Below, piece after piece: positions 10,792 to 22,479 of a stretch of 38,091 nucleotides of DNA (position 1 is its first letter; every line of letters starts with the position of its first letter). The stretch is taken from assembly GCA_010093705.1 (NCBI GenBank), contig MU006109.1:226354-264444 (forward strand), read 5' to 3'. This DNA comes from Patellaria atrata CBS 101060 (lineage: Eukaryota). The notes beneath the pieces are model-generated. The model saw only the letters and a list, made by a program, of their open reading frames with translations. It did no database searches and had not been told where the DNA came from. A program made the position numbers and the translations under genes.

Positions 10792-11985
10792 CTACGTACT
10801 CCCCCTGAAATTCAGCGGTGCCGGCCTCTCCTGCTGTTCCTGCTGCATCTCCCTCCACTTCGCCCCACCATCAGCACTGAGATGCCTATTTTGGGGTTGA
10901 GACGCGATTTCCCGCATCTTTTCCACCGCTGCTTGGCTATACTCCTCCCTCGTTTCCGCGTGCGTTGGCAGTTCGGCGGCAAAAGCCTTCTGCTCAAGTC
11001 CTGGGGAGCGCATCCCGCCGTCCGACGTTGATGCGTAGGAGGTTGGCCGGGAGGAGGGATCGCTGTAATGTTCACTGGCGGTGGTCATGGTGGAGGCGCG
11101 TGGGGAGGCGTAAGGAGATTTGGAAGGTGGTGGAGGTGGGAGAGAGGTGTAGTAGAAGTCTCCCGGTAGCTCCATGGGCATAGCTTGAGCGGATTCCGAG
11201 GGATGGCGGGAGTGAGCTTGGCTACCATAAACGAGATTAGGGTATGATTGCTGATGCTGCTGGGGAGGAGAGGCATGGTATGAAGGTTCGTGTTGCTGTT
11301 GTAAAGTTGGGGATTTCTCTGGCTGGTAGTATGGGAGACGCGGAGACTGCGGTTGTACTGGAAAAGTTGGTTCTCTACGCATGACGTTCGATTTATCGGC
11401 CGGGTTGATAGTCCTCAGTTTGCCCTCCTCCATCATCGCGTGGAGGACACCGGAGTCGAGAAGTTCGGCCTTTTTAACCATACGTTCGACCATCACTTTT
11501 GATGCTGCTTTCAGCTCTGCCTTGACAAAGGAGATCATGGTGACGTTGCATTTGATCTCGATATCTTCGCGTAGATATAGCCCGTCCGAAGGCGCCCCAA
11601 GTCCTAGCTCTTGCGTCTCCGGTGGTTCACCAGGTTGGTTTCCCGCTATGCGCCATTTGTTGCGCAGGTCCACGTTCATGGGAGCATATACGTGTGTTTG
11701 CAGTCCCCATGGCATATCGTGGAAGACACCTTTGAAGCTTATTTTCCCAGAGCCCATCTTCCCAATGCCCGGAACAAACTGAATTCGCTGCGTGATCTCG
11801 TACCAGGTAGCGTAGAATTCGTCTGCGGCGGCATCTCGAGGTGCCTTGATTGGATGGTGTTCCAGCACCAAGGGATTGAGCGTTATAACTTCACTATGAG
11901 AATGAAGGATGTCGATAGCGAGCTGGCGGGGTATAGAGTGTGGAATAGGTGTGATGTTCGTGTATACGGATCTCTTTGACAGCAT
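10792..11985 (-). CDS. Conserved fungal hypothetical protein (DUF7053-like N-terminal domain, low-complexity P/Q/S tail), 397 aa, single exon
   Basis: Long ATG ORF with conserved-looking blocks TNITPIPHSIPRQLAIDILHSH, ITLNPLV, FHDMPWGLQTHVYAPMNVD and GLYLREDIEIKCN. Family name is from recall. Confidence 0.8.
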   Translation of the reverse strand: MLSKRSVYTNITPIPHSIPRQLAIDILHSHSEVITLNPLVLEHHPIKAPRDAAADEFYATWYEITQRIQFVPGIGKMGSGKISFKGVFHDMPWGLQTHVYAPMNVDLRNKWRIAGNQPGEPPETQELGLGAPSDGLYLREDIEIKCNVTMISFVKAELKAASKVMVERMVKKAELLDSGVLHAMMEEGKLRTINPADKSNVMRREPTFPVQPQSPRLPYYQPEKSPTLQQQHEPSYHASPPQQHQQSYPNLVYGSQAHSRHPSESAQAMPMELPGDFYYTSLPPPPPSKSPYASPRASTMTTASEHYSDPSSRPTSYASTSDGGMRSPGLEQKAFAAELPTHAETREEYSQAAVEKMREIASQPQNRHLSADGGAKWREMQQEQQERPAPLNFRGST

Positions 11986-12339
11986 CTTGGCGACCTTTGG
12001 TGTAGTTCAGTTTCAACAATGTGATGAATATGGCTATTCAGATTATTTCCGAGTCGACGGGGTATCCTAAGGACTTGTATAGGAGAGAGGAAGTCGTAGA
12101 ACTAGATTCTGGGTGAGCGGCGCATTGGGGGCGGAGTGCTGGTTAGTTGGACCTGGGCCTGCTGAACTTGGAAGACGCCGCGGCAGAGAGAGACCAGCAG
12201 TCACCAAGGAGCACTCTGCAACGTAGTTTTTGACCCTTTACGGCCTTACCAGGCACGCCAGTCTCCTCTTATGCTATGTATTCGCACGGTACACCAGGTA
12301 TTTTCTCCTTACCAAGAGAAGGATCGTCAAGGCTGTGGC

Positions 12340-12365
12340 TGTCAAGAGTGTCAAGAGTGTCAAGA
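12340..12365. repeat. Short tandem repeat (TGTCAAGAG) about 3 copies
   Basis: tgtcaagag tgtcaagag tgtcaaga, upstream of the 11985 start codon. Confidence 0.85.
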
Positions 12366-13892
12366 TACCCTTAAAGGGAGCTATTGGCCGCGTTTGAAGT
12401 TTCGGAAGCTCCTCTTCATTTACTATTGTTCACTTGCCCTCTACCCTCTATCGTTGTTCTTCGAATTCTAGAGGACGAGTTTCCTCTCTTACTCTCAAAG
12501 CAATGTTTTATAACGACTTTGTCTTGATTAGTTGGTAAATGTATATTTAGCAATCCGACCAAATTTGCTTACATGAGATGACAACCCAATTCGGTGCTTC
12601 ATCATCCAAACTCTCGATGAGGAATTCGGAGTTCGAGTACAAGGACGATCAAACCGTGGCGTAATCCCCCCTTGCCAATCACAATTATCAAACTATTCTG
12701 CCGGCTCTTGTTCTTGCAGATGCATTTGTCCAGGAACAGCTTTTGTTGTGTTTGCAGTTTCTCCCTCACTGCCCCTGAGAACGTAGCTACCGAACAACCC
12801 CCTTATCGACAAATGTACGTAGCCACGGTCTTACTGTATTGGACATTACTTCGTACAGCACATGCACATCCACGGGAGTCTCCTCGCATCTTCAACTGTA
12901 CGGCAGTAGGAACAAACCCCGGCAAGGCGTACAAATATATGCCTCGCTTTGAAAAGGCGGACTGGACTTCCGCGTCATCAATTCTTCGGATGAGCGCCGA
13001 TCGGATGCTCACGGTCCGGTACTGCCGTCAGGCTGTGTACTGTACTGTACCTACACCTCACATCATCGGTAATGATATCGATATTACATATCATCCAGTA
13101 CTGTTTCGAACATTACTAGTCCTAGGTACAGAAGAAACTCGAAACTCGTCTCACACATGGCAAACCAACTGTGCTGTTACCTTTGCTTCTGGTAGGTCGG
13201 TTTTCCGGCTGCATGCTCTTTTAGGCAGTGATATAGTTTCATACAACATCTAGAACCGGTGGAAGGTGCAAGCTGTCTTCAAGTCCATGGTAAGAGACAT
13301 ATTCTCAATTCACGAGTCGTCTTCGCTATCAATAATCAGTTACGGTATGCTTTTTCGTATCTTATTTTTCAACTGTGGCGAATATCTCTCGCATCCCGTT
13401 CTCTGGCGTCTTGGAGCCCAGTCCAAGTCATACAGTCGTACAAGTCCAATATCTTCAACCCGTCAAAAAGCAAGAAGACTTCCAATTCAGGCATCTATGC
13501 CCGTGATCCATCTCATCAGTCACATAAAAATTTCTCATTTGCGTCTGACCAATGAGGAGCATCCGTTAACCAGTCATGCATTCCATCAACAGTATGCCCG
13601 AATATACCCTTCTCTTCTACCTAGTGTTCGTCTCTTTTACATAACATCGCCACAGATATGTTCAAAAGAATAATATTCCCGTCCCAAGGTGCCACCGAGC
13701 ATCTATCTATGTACCTGTTGCCCTTGACCTTCCATTCGCCTATTCCATAAGAGTCATACACCACTCTATCTTTCACCTCCCATATATAGTATCGACGCCT
13801 TTCGCCCGCACTTTTCCGCGAACCCCCCATTCCTTCCGAAAATCACGCTAAAGACGCGATATCACGCCCCCGCCGACCTAAGTGTAACAATG

Positions 13893-13916
13893 AACCATCA
13901 ACCATCAACCATCAAC
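13893..13916. repeat. Short tandem repeat (AACCATC) about 3 copies
   Basis: aaccatc aaccatc aaccatc aac is directly visible. Confidence 0.8.
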
Positions 13917-14952
13917 TAATCATCCACCATCATCCTAGGCATCCACTTCCCCAGTCTCGTCACCCACGATCTATGCATCTGATAATCCCATGATGAACCA
14001 CGTCGGATAACCCCCTCACCGCCTCTGTGACTCAGATCTCTCCGCCCCCACTCCCTCTTCCCATTAACCCCCCTTTCCACCGATCTCAAGCCCTACTCTA
14101 CCACCCGATCAGTGCTCCATCACACCAAGTAGCAGATGCACAAACGGACGTATATGAATCTCGCTGCCTGAACATCCATCCCCCAAACCCGAGCTCAAAG
14201 CGTACACCAAACCGCGCCAAAACCTGTCCATACCCCCTTTGCAAGAGGTGTACATCATACCTGACCGATAAAAATCGCGCTGTTTGCGGAAACTCATGGT
14301 CTCGTGGTGGCGACGAGAGAGGATTTAATGGTTTGAGAAGGACTGGCTAATTTTTTTTTATTTTTCATTTTTTGAGGGAAGATGTCTGAGAATTCTGAGG
14401 GCGATCAGAGGGTGAGGAGAAGAGAGGAGTTACGGCCGTAAAACGATCAACCTTCCAGCGCGTCCGCACGTCTACCTCACGGAAACCGCACATCTCGCCC
14501 AAAAACCCGAGAATGATAATGAAATATGCCTTGCGATATATGAAGATAGTCATACACCACAATTCCATAATCACTCATAGCGTCTATGTGCGGGGTAAAG
14601 GTGTAAGCTCGGTAACGACCGTGATTGATATACATATCGTACATTCTATATCAAAACTGATGGGAAAGGAAATATGCGTGGGTAGTCCATGAGGAGAGAA
14701 AACAACGAGAACGAGAGCGAGAACGACAGAATAGATCCCCAAGAAGACATTGTGCCACTTTCGTTCGTACCTGATAAAAGAAAATCTTGATAGGGAGAAG
14801 AGAGACTCGAAACAAAACACATTATGCCCCAAGCCATTACAACCCAACCAAAAGCCCGCTAAATGTTCAAATCCCTCACCAAACACCGAATATACCCTTC
14901 CCAACGCTGTGCTGATCATACAAATTATAGCTGCGTGATAAAACCCGTCAAG

Positions 14953-17900
14953 TCATCCCCTATCCCCCTGTTGCAATCTCATAACCGCATTCTCTAAATT
15001 CAACAGTCTTTGATCCTTCTCCTGATTCTGTCTTCTCAACCTCTTGATCTCGGCTCTGAGATCTGCTGGGTCTGCCCCTGTTAACCTCTGTCTCTTCTGA
15101 CCTGGCCTTTCACTTTCACTGAGTTCCTCGTCCGCCTGCGTGGGACTCGCAACGAGAGCACCCGCAACTTCACCCTCAACCTTGACTTCATCAGAGAATC
15201 CTGAGGCTTTTCTGTGCACACGTCGAATATGTTCGTGCAGATTTTCTTTGCGGGTGAATCCTTGACCGGAAGAGCGTTTACACTCGTTGTAAGGACAGAA
15301 AAGAGATTGCCTTGTGCCACCATAGAGTTTGTGCACTTCGCGCTGGTGACGAAGCAATCCACCTGAATAAGTGAACCCCTGTATCTTTTCACAGCCTTGG
15401 TGTTTGCATTTGTAAGGCCTATCATGTTTGTCCATATGTTTGCTATAGCAAGCAGTTAGTGAGAGTCTGTTTAGGTGAGAATGATATGGAAAAGGGAGAA
15501 AAGCACGCATGAGAAGAATATGAGACAAGAAGTGGATGAAAAGTGCAAATGTTGGTTACTCATACATTCTTATAGGGAATATATGGAAGGATAAATCAAA
15601 TGTATACTCACTTCCACTCGCATTTCCGATCGAAAGTCAAATGACTACACTTTGCGCTTCTTGTACATATCATTTTATTCTCTTCATTCCGTTCAGGAGA
15701 TTCTGTTCGTTTATATGAATGTCCACGTCTGGGAGGAGAAAACATATCGTTACCCTGGCCTTCAGGAGAAGCAGCATCCTCTGAAGAGTCTTGTTCTGGA
15801 TCTTGTGCTCCTTCTAACATTTTTCTCGACGGAGGGCTCTTTGATCGCGAATACCCGTCCGAACTCACTGGACTTGGAGGAAGTTGATTAGATTGCATGT
15901 GCATGTCGTTTGGATATTGTGTGGTCAAGTGGTAGCCCCTTATGTTGAGGCTCTGATTAGATATATCTCCAATTTGCGATGCGTCATAGGTATACGAATC
16001 TGGACAACGGTGAGGGTGGTGAGCTAGAGGCGCAGCATCAGGCACCGGAGGAACGACGTTGACTCTTATGGGAGAGTTGATAGTGAGGCTCGCTTGCCTT
16101 CGTTGTGGCAATTCCAGCGATGGGCTACGACCGGGTGAGGTGTCACTTTCACAGGCATCGGTATTTGCCTCAGGCCAAGGTGAGAAGGCTGATGAGGCAT
16201 TCAAATCACGGGAAATCAAGGACGCGCAGGACGCGTCGGTACTATTATAGTCATCAAATTCTTGGAAAGCAGGAATTGCGGCCTGCTGCGGAAGTTGCGC
16301 AGTTTGACAAACGATCTGTTGGGTGCCGATTCCGATGCCTGCCTGCTAGTCAGAAACATGTAGCATGAAGATATGAAGGACTAGTGTAAGACTATGTTTG
16401 GATTATAATGCTCGTTATGACTCACTAAGACTTTGAGAGCGTTGAGTTGGTTGACGAATCAATTGTGGCGCAAGCAGCCTAAAGTTCGAAGCACGGACCA
16501 TCTTCGAAACATCAGCTTGCGATGGCGAGCTGACGAGTGGACTCAGGCTCCCGTGACCCGCATTGGATACTTTCACGTGATATAATTCTTCCTTGCCGTA
16601 AAAATGGCCACTGTGTCGGTCAAGATCGCTTGGAATGAATGTCGGATATCTATCCGAGTGTTGCGTATGCTGCTGCTGTTGTCCTGCCGCCGCCCATAAA
16701 TCAACCACCTGCGATAGTACTGGACTCGGTTGCTGCAATTGCTGTTGCCCTTGGCCTTGAATCTCTTGGCCATAGTTGCTATTTTCGAGACCAAGATTCT
16801 GTAATTCATAGTTGAGGTCTACGCATTCTGTCAGCCACGATTGTCGCTGTGGGTATTCTGCCGCGCGGTACATCTGCGGCAATGAGCTTGCCATACATTG
16901 ATTCTGTTCTGGTCGTCCCCAGTTAATGTTCCCATCGGCAAGGAAGTATCGTTGCGATACCGCCGGATTCTCCTCGCTAGAATGCTGCGGTGGATTGAAA
17001 CCACCATAATCAGTCGGAGGGTAGTAGAATTTCCAGCATACGCCCCATATTACTGCCAAAGAAGGTTTGATACTCCATGGCCAGGTCGTACTCAACGGTC
17101 TCTTGTTGTCGGCGTATTCTGCAAACCAGTTCTCACCCAGCTTGCGTTGATTTCTGAAATAGTCGTGCCAGGATTCATAATCGTTTCGCACAGCCTCGAG
17201 AAGTTTGTCAAAGAGAGATTGGACTAGCTGACCCCTCAATCGGAATAGCATGTGCTCTAGATTGGCGATGAACTTTTCATCCATCAAGTAGGTTTGCGTA
17301 AGCCCATTCTCAAGGTGGAGAAGTCGTCTTGCACCCCTTGCACCCGAGGCAGATCGCCATATGCAATGGAGTGCGCTCTCTACAAGAGGGAGATAACTTG
17401 CAATATGAGTCCTAGTGAAGCTGGTGAATCGATTGATACCCATAGATTGCAGAAATAGCTTGTCATCTGACGCGATTTGAGCTAAAGAGTGGGTTGAACA
17501 TCCTAATAGGGAAGCCAACTGAGAAAAAGCACTGTAACGTCGTCAGCCATCGTATATGAGAGCAGAAAGGAGGATTCCTCGATGAAGTACCAATTGAGAC
17601 CTTTATCTTTACGGTTATCGTTTTTGAAGAGAAGGCCCTTCAGTCTTCGATGGATTAATTGGCGATCATCCTTGCGGGATTTGAAGATTCTGTTCGATTC
17701 TCCACGCCGCTGCTTGCTCTCAAGCTCACTCAGATCTGACGATAGGAGCTTCTCCACACCATTGATGGTCTCAACAGCAATATCCTGGCGGAGATCGTTA
17801 CCAAGCAGATCTACCTTGGTCTGCAAGCGGGTGGATCTGACGCGTGTTCGAAACTTTCGACGGAGCTGGTTAAGCAGTTGAATTGTCTTAAACGTCAAGT

Positions 17901-17958
17901 AGATGTTTGTAGAAGCTCGAAAAGACGGTGCTTCATCATGTTCCTCCATGGCCTTCAT
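14953..17958 (-). CDS. C2H2 zinc-finger transcription factor (three fingers plus C-terminal coiled coil) with a long uncharacterised N-terminal region, about 870 aa
   Basis: Proposed exons: 17958-17591, 17531-16897, 16818-16426, 16338-15612, 15442-14953 (2613 nt, in frame, all GT-AG with CTGAC/CTAAC branch sites). Fingers: CTRSAKC..FDRKCEWNKHMDKH, CKHQGC..GFTYSGGLLRHQREVH, CPYNEC..GFTRKENLHEHIRRVH. The zinc-finger part is firm; joining of the upstream exons is inferred. Confidence 0.75.
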
Positions 17959-20264
17959 GGTCCCTCAGCTCGCGTTCACAAAATGCGTTAAAGAGAATTG
18001 CAATTAACCCCATATTTGAAAAGACGGGAGACATCATGCTATAAGACTCTGTGATAGTGTCTAGCAATGAGATTAACATCAGGCTTGAAACAGCCTTGGG
18101 CAACATCATTAAGGCTTTGTGCTTTCTGAATTGTGATGTAAAGGTTTTGAGCTGACAACTTTGGGACGAAACAGAGAAGTTGGAGGAACGGGATTGCACT
18201 TTCCCTTTTGCTGATTGGCAGGGATTCCTAGTGCTCAACTGCGCCTTCCTTTCCTATCTCAACTTCCAGTGACCCAAGGAAGAAAGAACGACCTTTTCAT
18301 CGTCAAAACATCAGGTGATTTCAGGGCAACCTTGAGGAAGTTGAATACAACATGTCGACCTCACCTCCCGTCAGGTTCTCAGTGGATGAGATAACCTCAC
18401 ATTTGATCGCTGTGATACGTTGTAATACTCTATCATCTTTTCGCTCCGCCTCACTCTCTGCAGTATCTTTTACTACAATTAGTCTATCACCACCGTTAGG
18501 CTCCAATATCGAACAGACTTTTGTCCGAAGGCCTATATAATGAACCTTTTTCGCCTTGTGTACTCATCAAGAGCCCTAAGGTATGGAGATATGTACCGCG
18601 GATTAATGCTGCTGTATACTTCGCCCTGGTTCTCTCCTTTGCATTGTTTGCCTTGTCATGCAATGTGAGGAATAGGTTCAATGGGCCCCCATTTGCCAGA
18701 CGGAACATTTATCAAACTACCTCTCTTCGCACAGCCCTCTATCTCTTCGAAATCCCAAGTTCATTTGTCGTACAGGTGAATGTTTACAGAGCTTTCTGCA
18801 GTTAGGCATGGTGTGCTTGTTTAAAATCGCCAGGTGCGGCAATCATTGTGCGGCCGGTGAAGACTGATATGCTGCTTCTCTCACGAGACCGGGCACCGGA
18901 ACTCACATCCGTATCAATCTGCATATCAACGACTTCAACTCTATTCCCAGCAGCGCTCAATAGCCTTGGGCCGGACTATCCAAAGACGATGGTGGAAATG
19001 CCGAAGCCAACTGATCCTCTTCGGGGAACTCACCGGAATTCGGGACCTCCAGCGTCTCAACTACAATCCTTCACTGCATCAACAGAAGCTTTGATCTGGG
19101 TTTCGATGCCTCTCACCCTCCACTATTGCCTCCCTAATCCCTATCACTTCTTGTCTTTTAACTCCAAACCCCGCTTGAAATGGTATGGACAATGAGTTCC
19201 AGGAGGGAAAAAGCGGGCTATTCCTTCCTCGGGTAGGTAGATAGTAAGGTTCACTTCAAGGCTGTATTCACCTGAGAACAACCTTCAATGTCCTGGTGGA
19301 TCTTTTCGGGTCTCCTGGAGAGCCTCCTTGATTTACGCCCGGTACTCACATTCCTCCATCCAACCCTAGAGAGAGATCGATATTACTGCTACTTTTGCAA
19401 GGAGCTTGAGGCTGCTGAACTCTTGCTTCCGTACTGAAATTTCTGTATCTTGAATATATCACAGAAGCTGCACCTCCCTCGCAACGGCAGACGAAGGAAG
19501 AACGCAAACAACAATCACAGACTAAGAGGGTATAATTCTTTCAAATATCTTTTGCGAGTATTTATTCAGGACTAGCATTGGACATAGGCTCTAGAAGCTA
19601 TGCTTTCGCTCTTCTGATGATGAGTTGGTTGAATCTTCATGTACATACTCTTCTCTTCTATGACTTTCAATACAGATTTTCGAGCTCGATAAACGCGATC
19701 ATATCCCCAATTTTGCCCCTTATGCTTCCTTCATAAAATCAACGAGGAGTTCCCCCGTGGGATATCCAAATTCAATCGTTTTTATATCTCTCCCCAACAC
19801 ATGAATGAATAAAGATATGAGTTCCGACTATTTTTTTCAAACTCAGATTAATGACAGTACTCCGGTTACAGCCGTTCCGTTGTTCAGGCATACAGTTATC
19901 AATAAGACGCCTTCAATTCCATTTCTCTTCAAGCTACGGATACCAATCTGCAACTTGTGTTCCCTTAGAGTCCGATAAGAAGCAGTGGTCAACTTTCCCT
20001 GATGCTTATCCTCGACGAGTAACGAAGAAAAGGATTCCACTGTTTAGCGAACAGTGCTTCAGCTCCATACCTCTGAGACATCTAGTCTTAATTATACACA
20101 ATAATCTGTTCTCATGTATTGAGTGAAAATAAATACTTGACCATACTTCAATAAGTAACCCCAGGTACCCCGCGCTACTCCAGTGACGTCTCTGGAAACC
20201 CCACCACAAACTGAAAAAGGTTCAAACTCACGACAAAAATACAATTTGAACAAATGACGTCCCA

Positions 20265-21076
20265 ATGCCTCCCGCAAGAATAACAGTCCTAATTAGCGGC
20301 TCAGGCACTAATCTCCAAGCCCTGATAGATGCGACAAAAGATGGTTCCCTCCCCAATTGCGAGATCATAAGAGTGATCTCCAACCGCAAAAGTACTTACA
20401 TTCCCTACGCGTCCCTTTCCAGTCCCAAACCGTCTTCTACCAGCTTTCATCCTATTCAACTCATCTCTAGGCGCATACGGCCTCACCCGTGCCCGCAACG
20501 CCAACATCCCAACGACCTACCACAACCTCCTCCCCTACAAGCGCAAAGAAGGCGTCTCCGAAAGCGCAGCGCGCGACGCTTACGACGCCGACCTCGCTAC
20601 CATCGTCCTAGCCGACCACCCTGACCTCGTCGTCTGCGTACGTCCTTCCCTGCTCCACTCCTCTTCCCATCGCTGACGCGTGAGACACTCAGGCCGGCTG
20701 GATGCACATCCTGACCCCCTCCTTCCTCGACCCCCTCTCCACCACCACTCCCCCCCTCCCAGTGATAAACCTACACCCGGCGCTCCCGGCGGCGTTTAAC
20801 GGCGCCAACGCCATCGAGCGCGCGCACGCGGCCTGGGTCCAGGGGAAGGTAGACAAGACGGGTGTCATGGTGCACTATGTGGTCCAGGAGGTCGATATGG
20901 GGGAGCCAATTGTGGTGCGAGAGATTCAGTTTCAGGAGGGGGATGCTGGGGAGGGAGGGGTTGAGAGGTTGGAGGAGAGGGTTCATCATGTTGAGTGGGG
21001 GGTTATTGTCGAGGGGGTTAGGAGGGCGGTGGGCAAGTTGAGGGGGGAGGGAGAGGGTGGTGAGGGGATGGTATGA
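20265..21076 (+). CDS. ADE8: Phosphoribosylglycinamide (GAR) formyltransferase, 225 aa
   Basis: Exons 20265-20391, 20471-20637, 20693-21076. Motifs: VLISGSGTNLQALIDA, VISNR..AYGLTRA, PDLVVCAGWMHIL, INLHPALP, TGVMVHYVVQEVDMGEPI, LEERVHHVE. Confidence 0.96.
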
Positions 21077-21398
21077 TTTGGGGGAATCGGTCGGTGGGAT
21101 AGCTTCAACCCATGTTATTTTGAGGAGGGAGGGTTACGGTGATGGTTCAGGCGGTCTTCTTATTCTGTTGTGAGGTGGGGAGAGAAACCTTGTCGAATAT
21201 ACCTGGGTCAGTCCAGCTAGGATAGAAGGAAGAAGGAAAGGATAAAGTATTCCTTATAGACACCGTCACAAAATCAAACCCATCACATCCTATCTAACAA
21301 AGATCTATCGTATACCAAATAGTATAATGAAACCTTGCCCAGTCCCGCAGCACAACAGTACCTCAAATCCCCAAATCACCAGGCATCCTACACTCTCC

Positions 21399-21403
<5 letters not shown>

Positions 21404-21429
<26 letters not shown>
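21404..21429. repeat. (TA)n microsatellite
   Basis: Directly visible. Confidence 0.95.
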
Positions 21430-21896
21430 GAGTCCCGTTGGCTCTAATTCCATGTAATCAGAACTCTTCCAGCTTTGTCCCATGCTTAGACTTACTCACT
21501 CTCAACAACTCCCTGAGCGATATACAGATGTCGATATGGGTCCAGGGAAGCCAGCTAAACAACATCCCCAGCGCAAGTGTGTGTTCTCCCCTCGACAGTT
21601 GGTGCAAAGAACTCGATCTGATGTCGCCTGTTTTCCCTTTGGACCCGCAAGGAAAGTCAAAGGGTTCTGGAGATTGATCTGCTGTGGACGTTGTATCGAG
21701 TCCCGGTGCGAGCATGTCCCTGTTGAGATATGTGTTTGAGAGCGAGTGTTGTAGAATACCCAAGGAAGGGATGCATACAGTTCCCTATCAATCCAGTAAA
21801 AACGAACAAACAAAACCATCCCCTTCCCCGGGGTTCCGAACTGCAGTCTCAGACATCTCTCTTCATAAAAGCTCTTGCCAAAATCACCTTCCAACT

Positions 21897-21990
21897 AACC
21901 AAGTGGCAGAGCGGTCGGGCAGTCTGACTACTCTACCCCTTCCTTTCGAAACTCGATCGTCGTCGGTTCGAATCTCTCCGGGCAGGTTTA
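21897..21990 (+). pseudogene. Degenerate tRNA-like element (Pol III A-box and B-box)
   Basis: TGGCAGAGCGG at 21904-21914 fits the A-box consensus TRGCNNAGYGG. GGTTCGAATCT at 21965-21975 fits the B-box/T-loop. Acceptor and T stems pair poorly, so this is not an intact tRNA. Confidence 0.35.
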
Positions 21991-22479
21991 TCGGTGAACT
22001 TCAGGTCAATGGAGCAGCGGCAGCAAAAATCCCGTCCGGGAGGTTCAAGGGGTCTACTGCGTCATTTTTTTGCCATTTTTTTCTTTCTTTTTTTTTTTTT
22101 TTGAGAGTTTAAGTTGGAGACTATTAAGGTCCAATATGAGATTGAACAGCACGAGTAAGTTCATGAGTGGAACACAATATTTCTCTACCCCTTGTTATAC
22201 CATAGCGTACACCTAAGTAGAGGATAGATGGGGGTATAATTGTAAGCTTTGATTTCTGGACTTTTCTTTTATTCCGTACTAGAGAGTGAGATTTCGTGGT
22301 TAATCGTAGACGGGCATTTGTCTATTATGATTCATAACGATTCAGATCGGACATCAGAATAAATATAAATGGATAGAGTAGAGTTTCAGTATCTTTTGGA
22401 GACCTATCGTTTCATTTCTATAAAGATGATAAACTGGTATTTATAGGGAATATGAAATCCGTTCTGTTCTACAACACCA

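Noticed and set aside
12672..13673. Non-ATG ORFs of 98-193 aa in the long intergenic region
   Set aside because: No recognisable motifs, no codon bias and no splice model. More likely promoter DNA of the 11985 gene.
17503..17505. TAG ending the 17503-17958 ORF as a possible A-to-I editing or readthrough site
   Set aside because: A canonical 59 nt intron (17590-17532) shifts the frame and bypasses it. The readthrough frame hits further stops quickly.
22000..22020. TCAGGTCAATGGAGCAGC resembling SRP RNA helix 8
   Set aside because: It lacks the GNRA tetraloop and the closing stem, and no other SRP features were seen.
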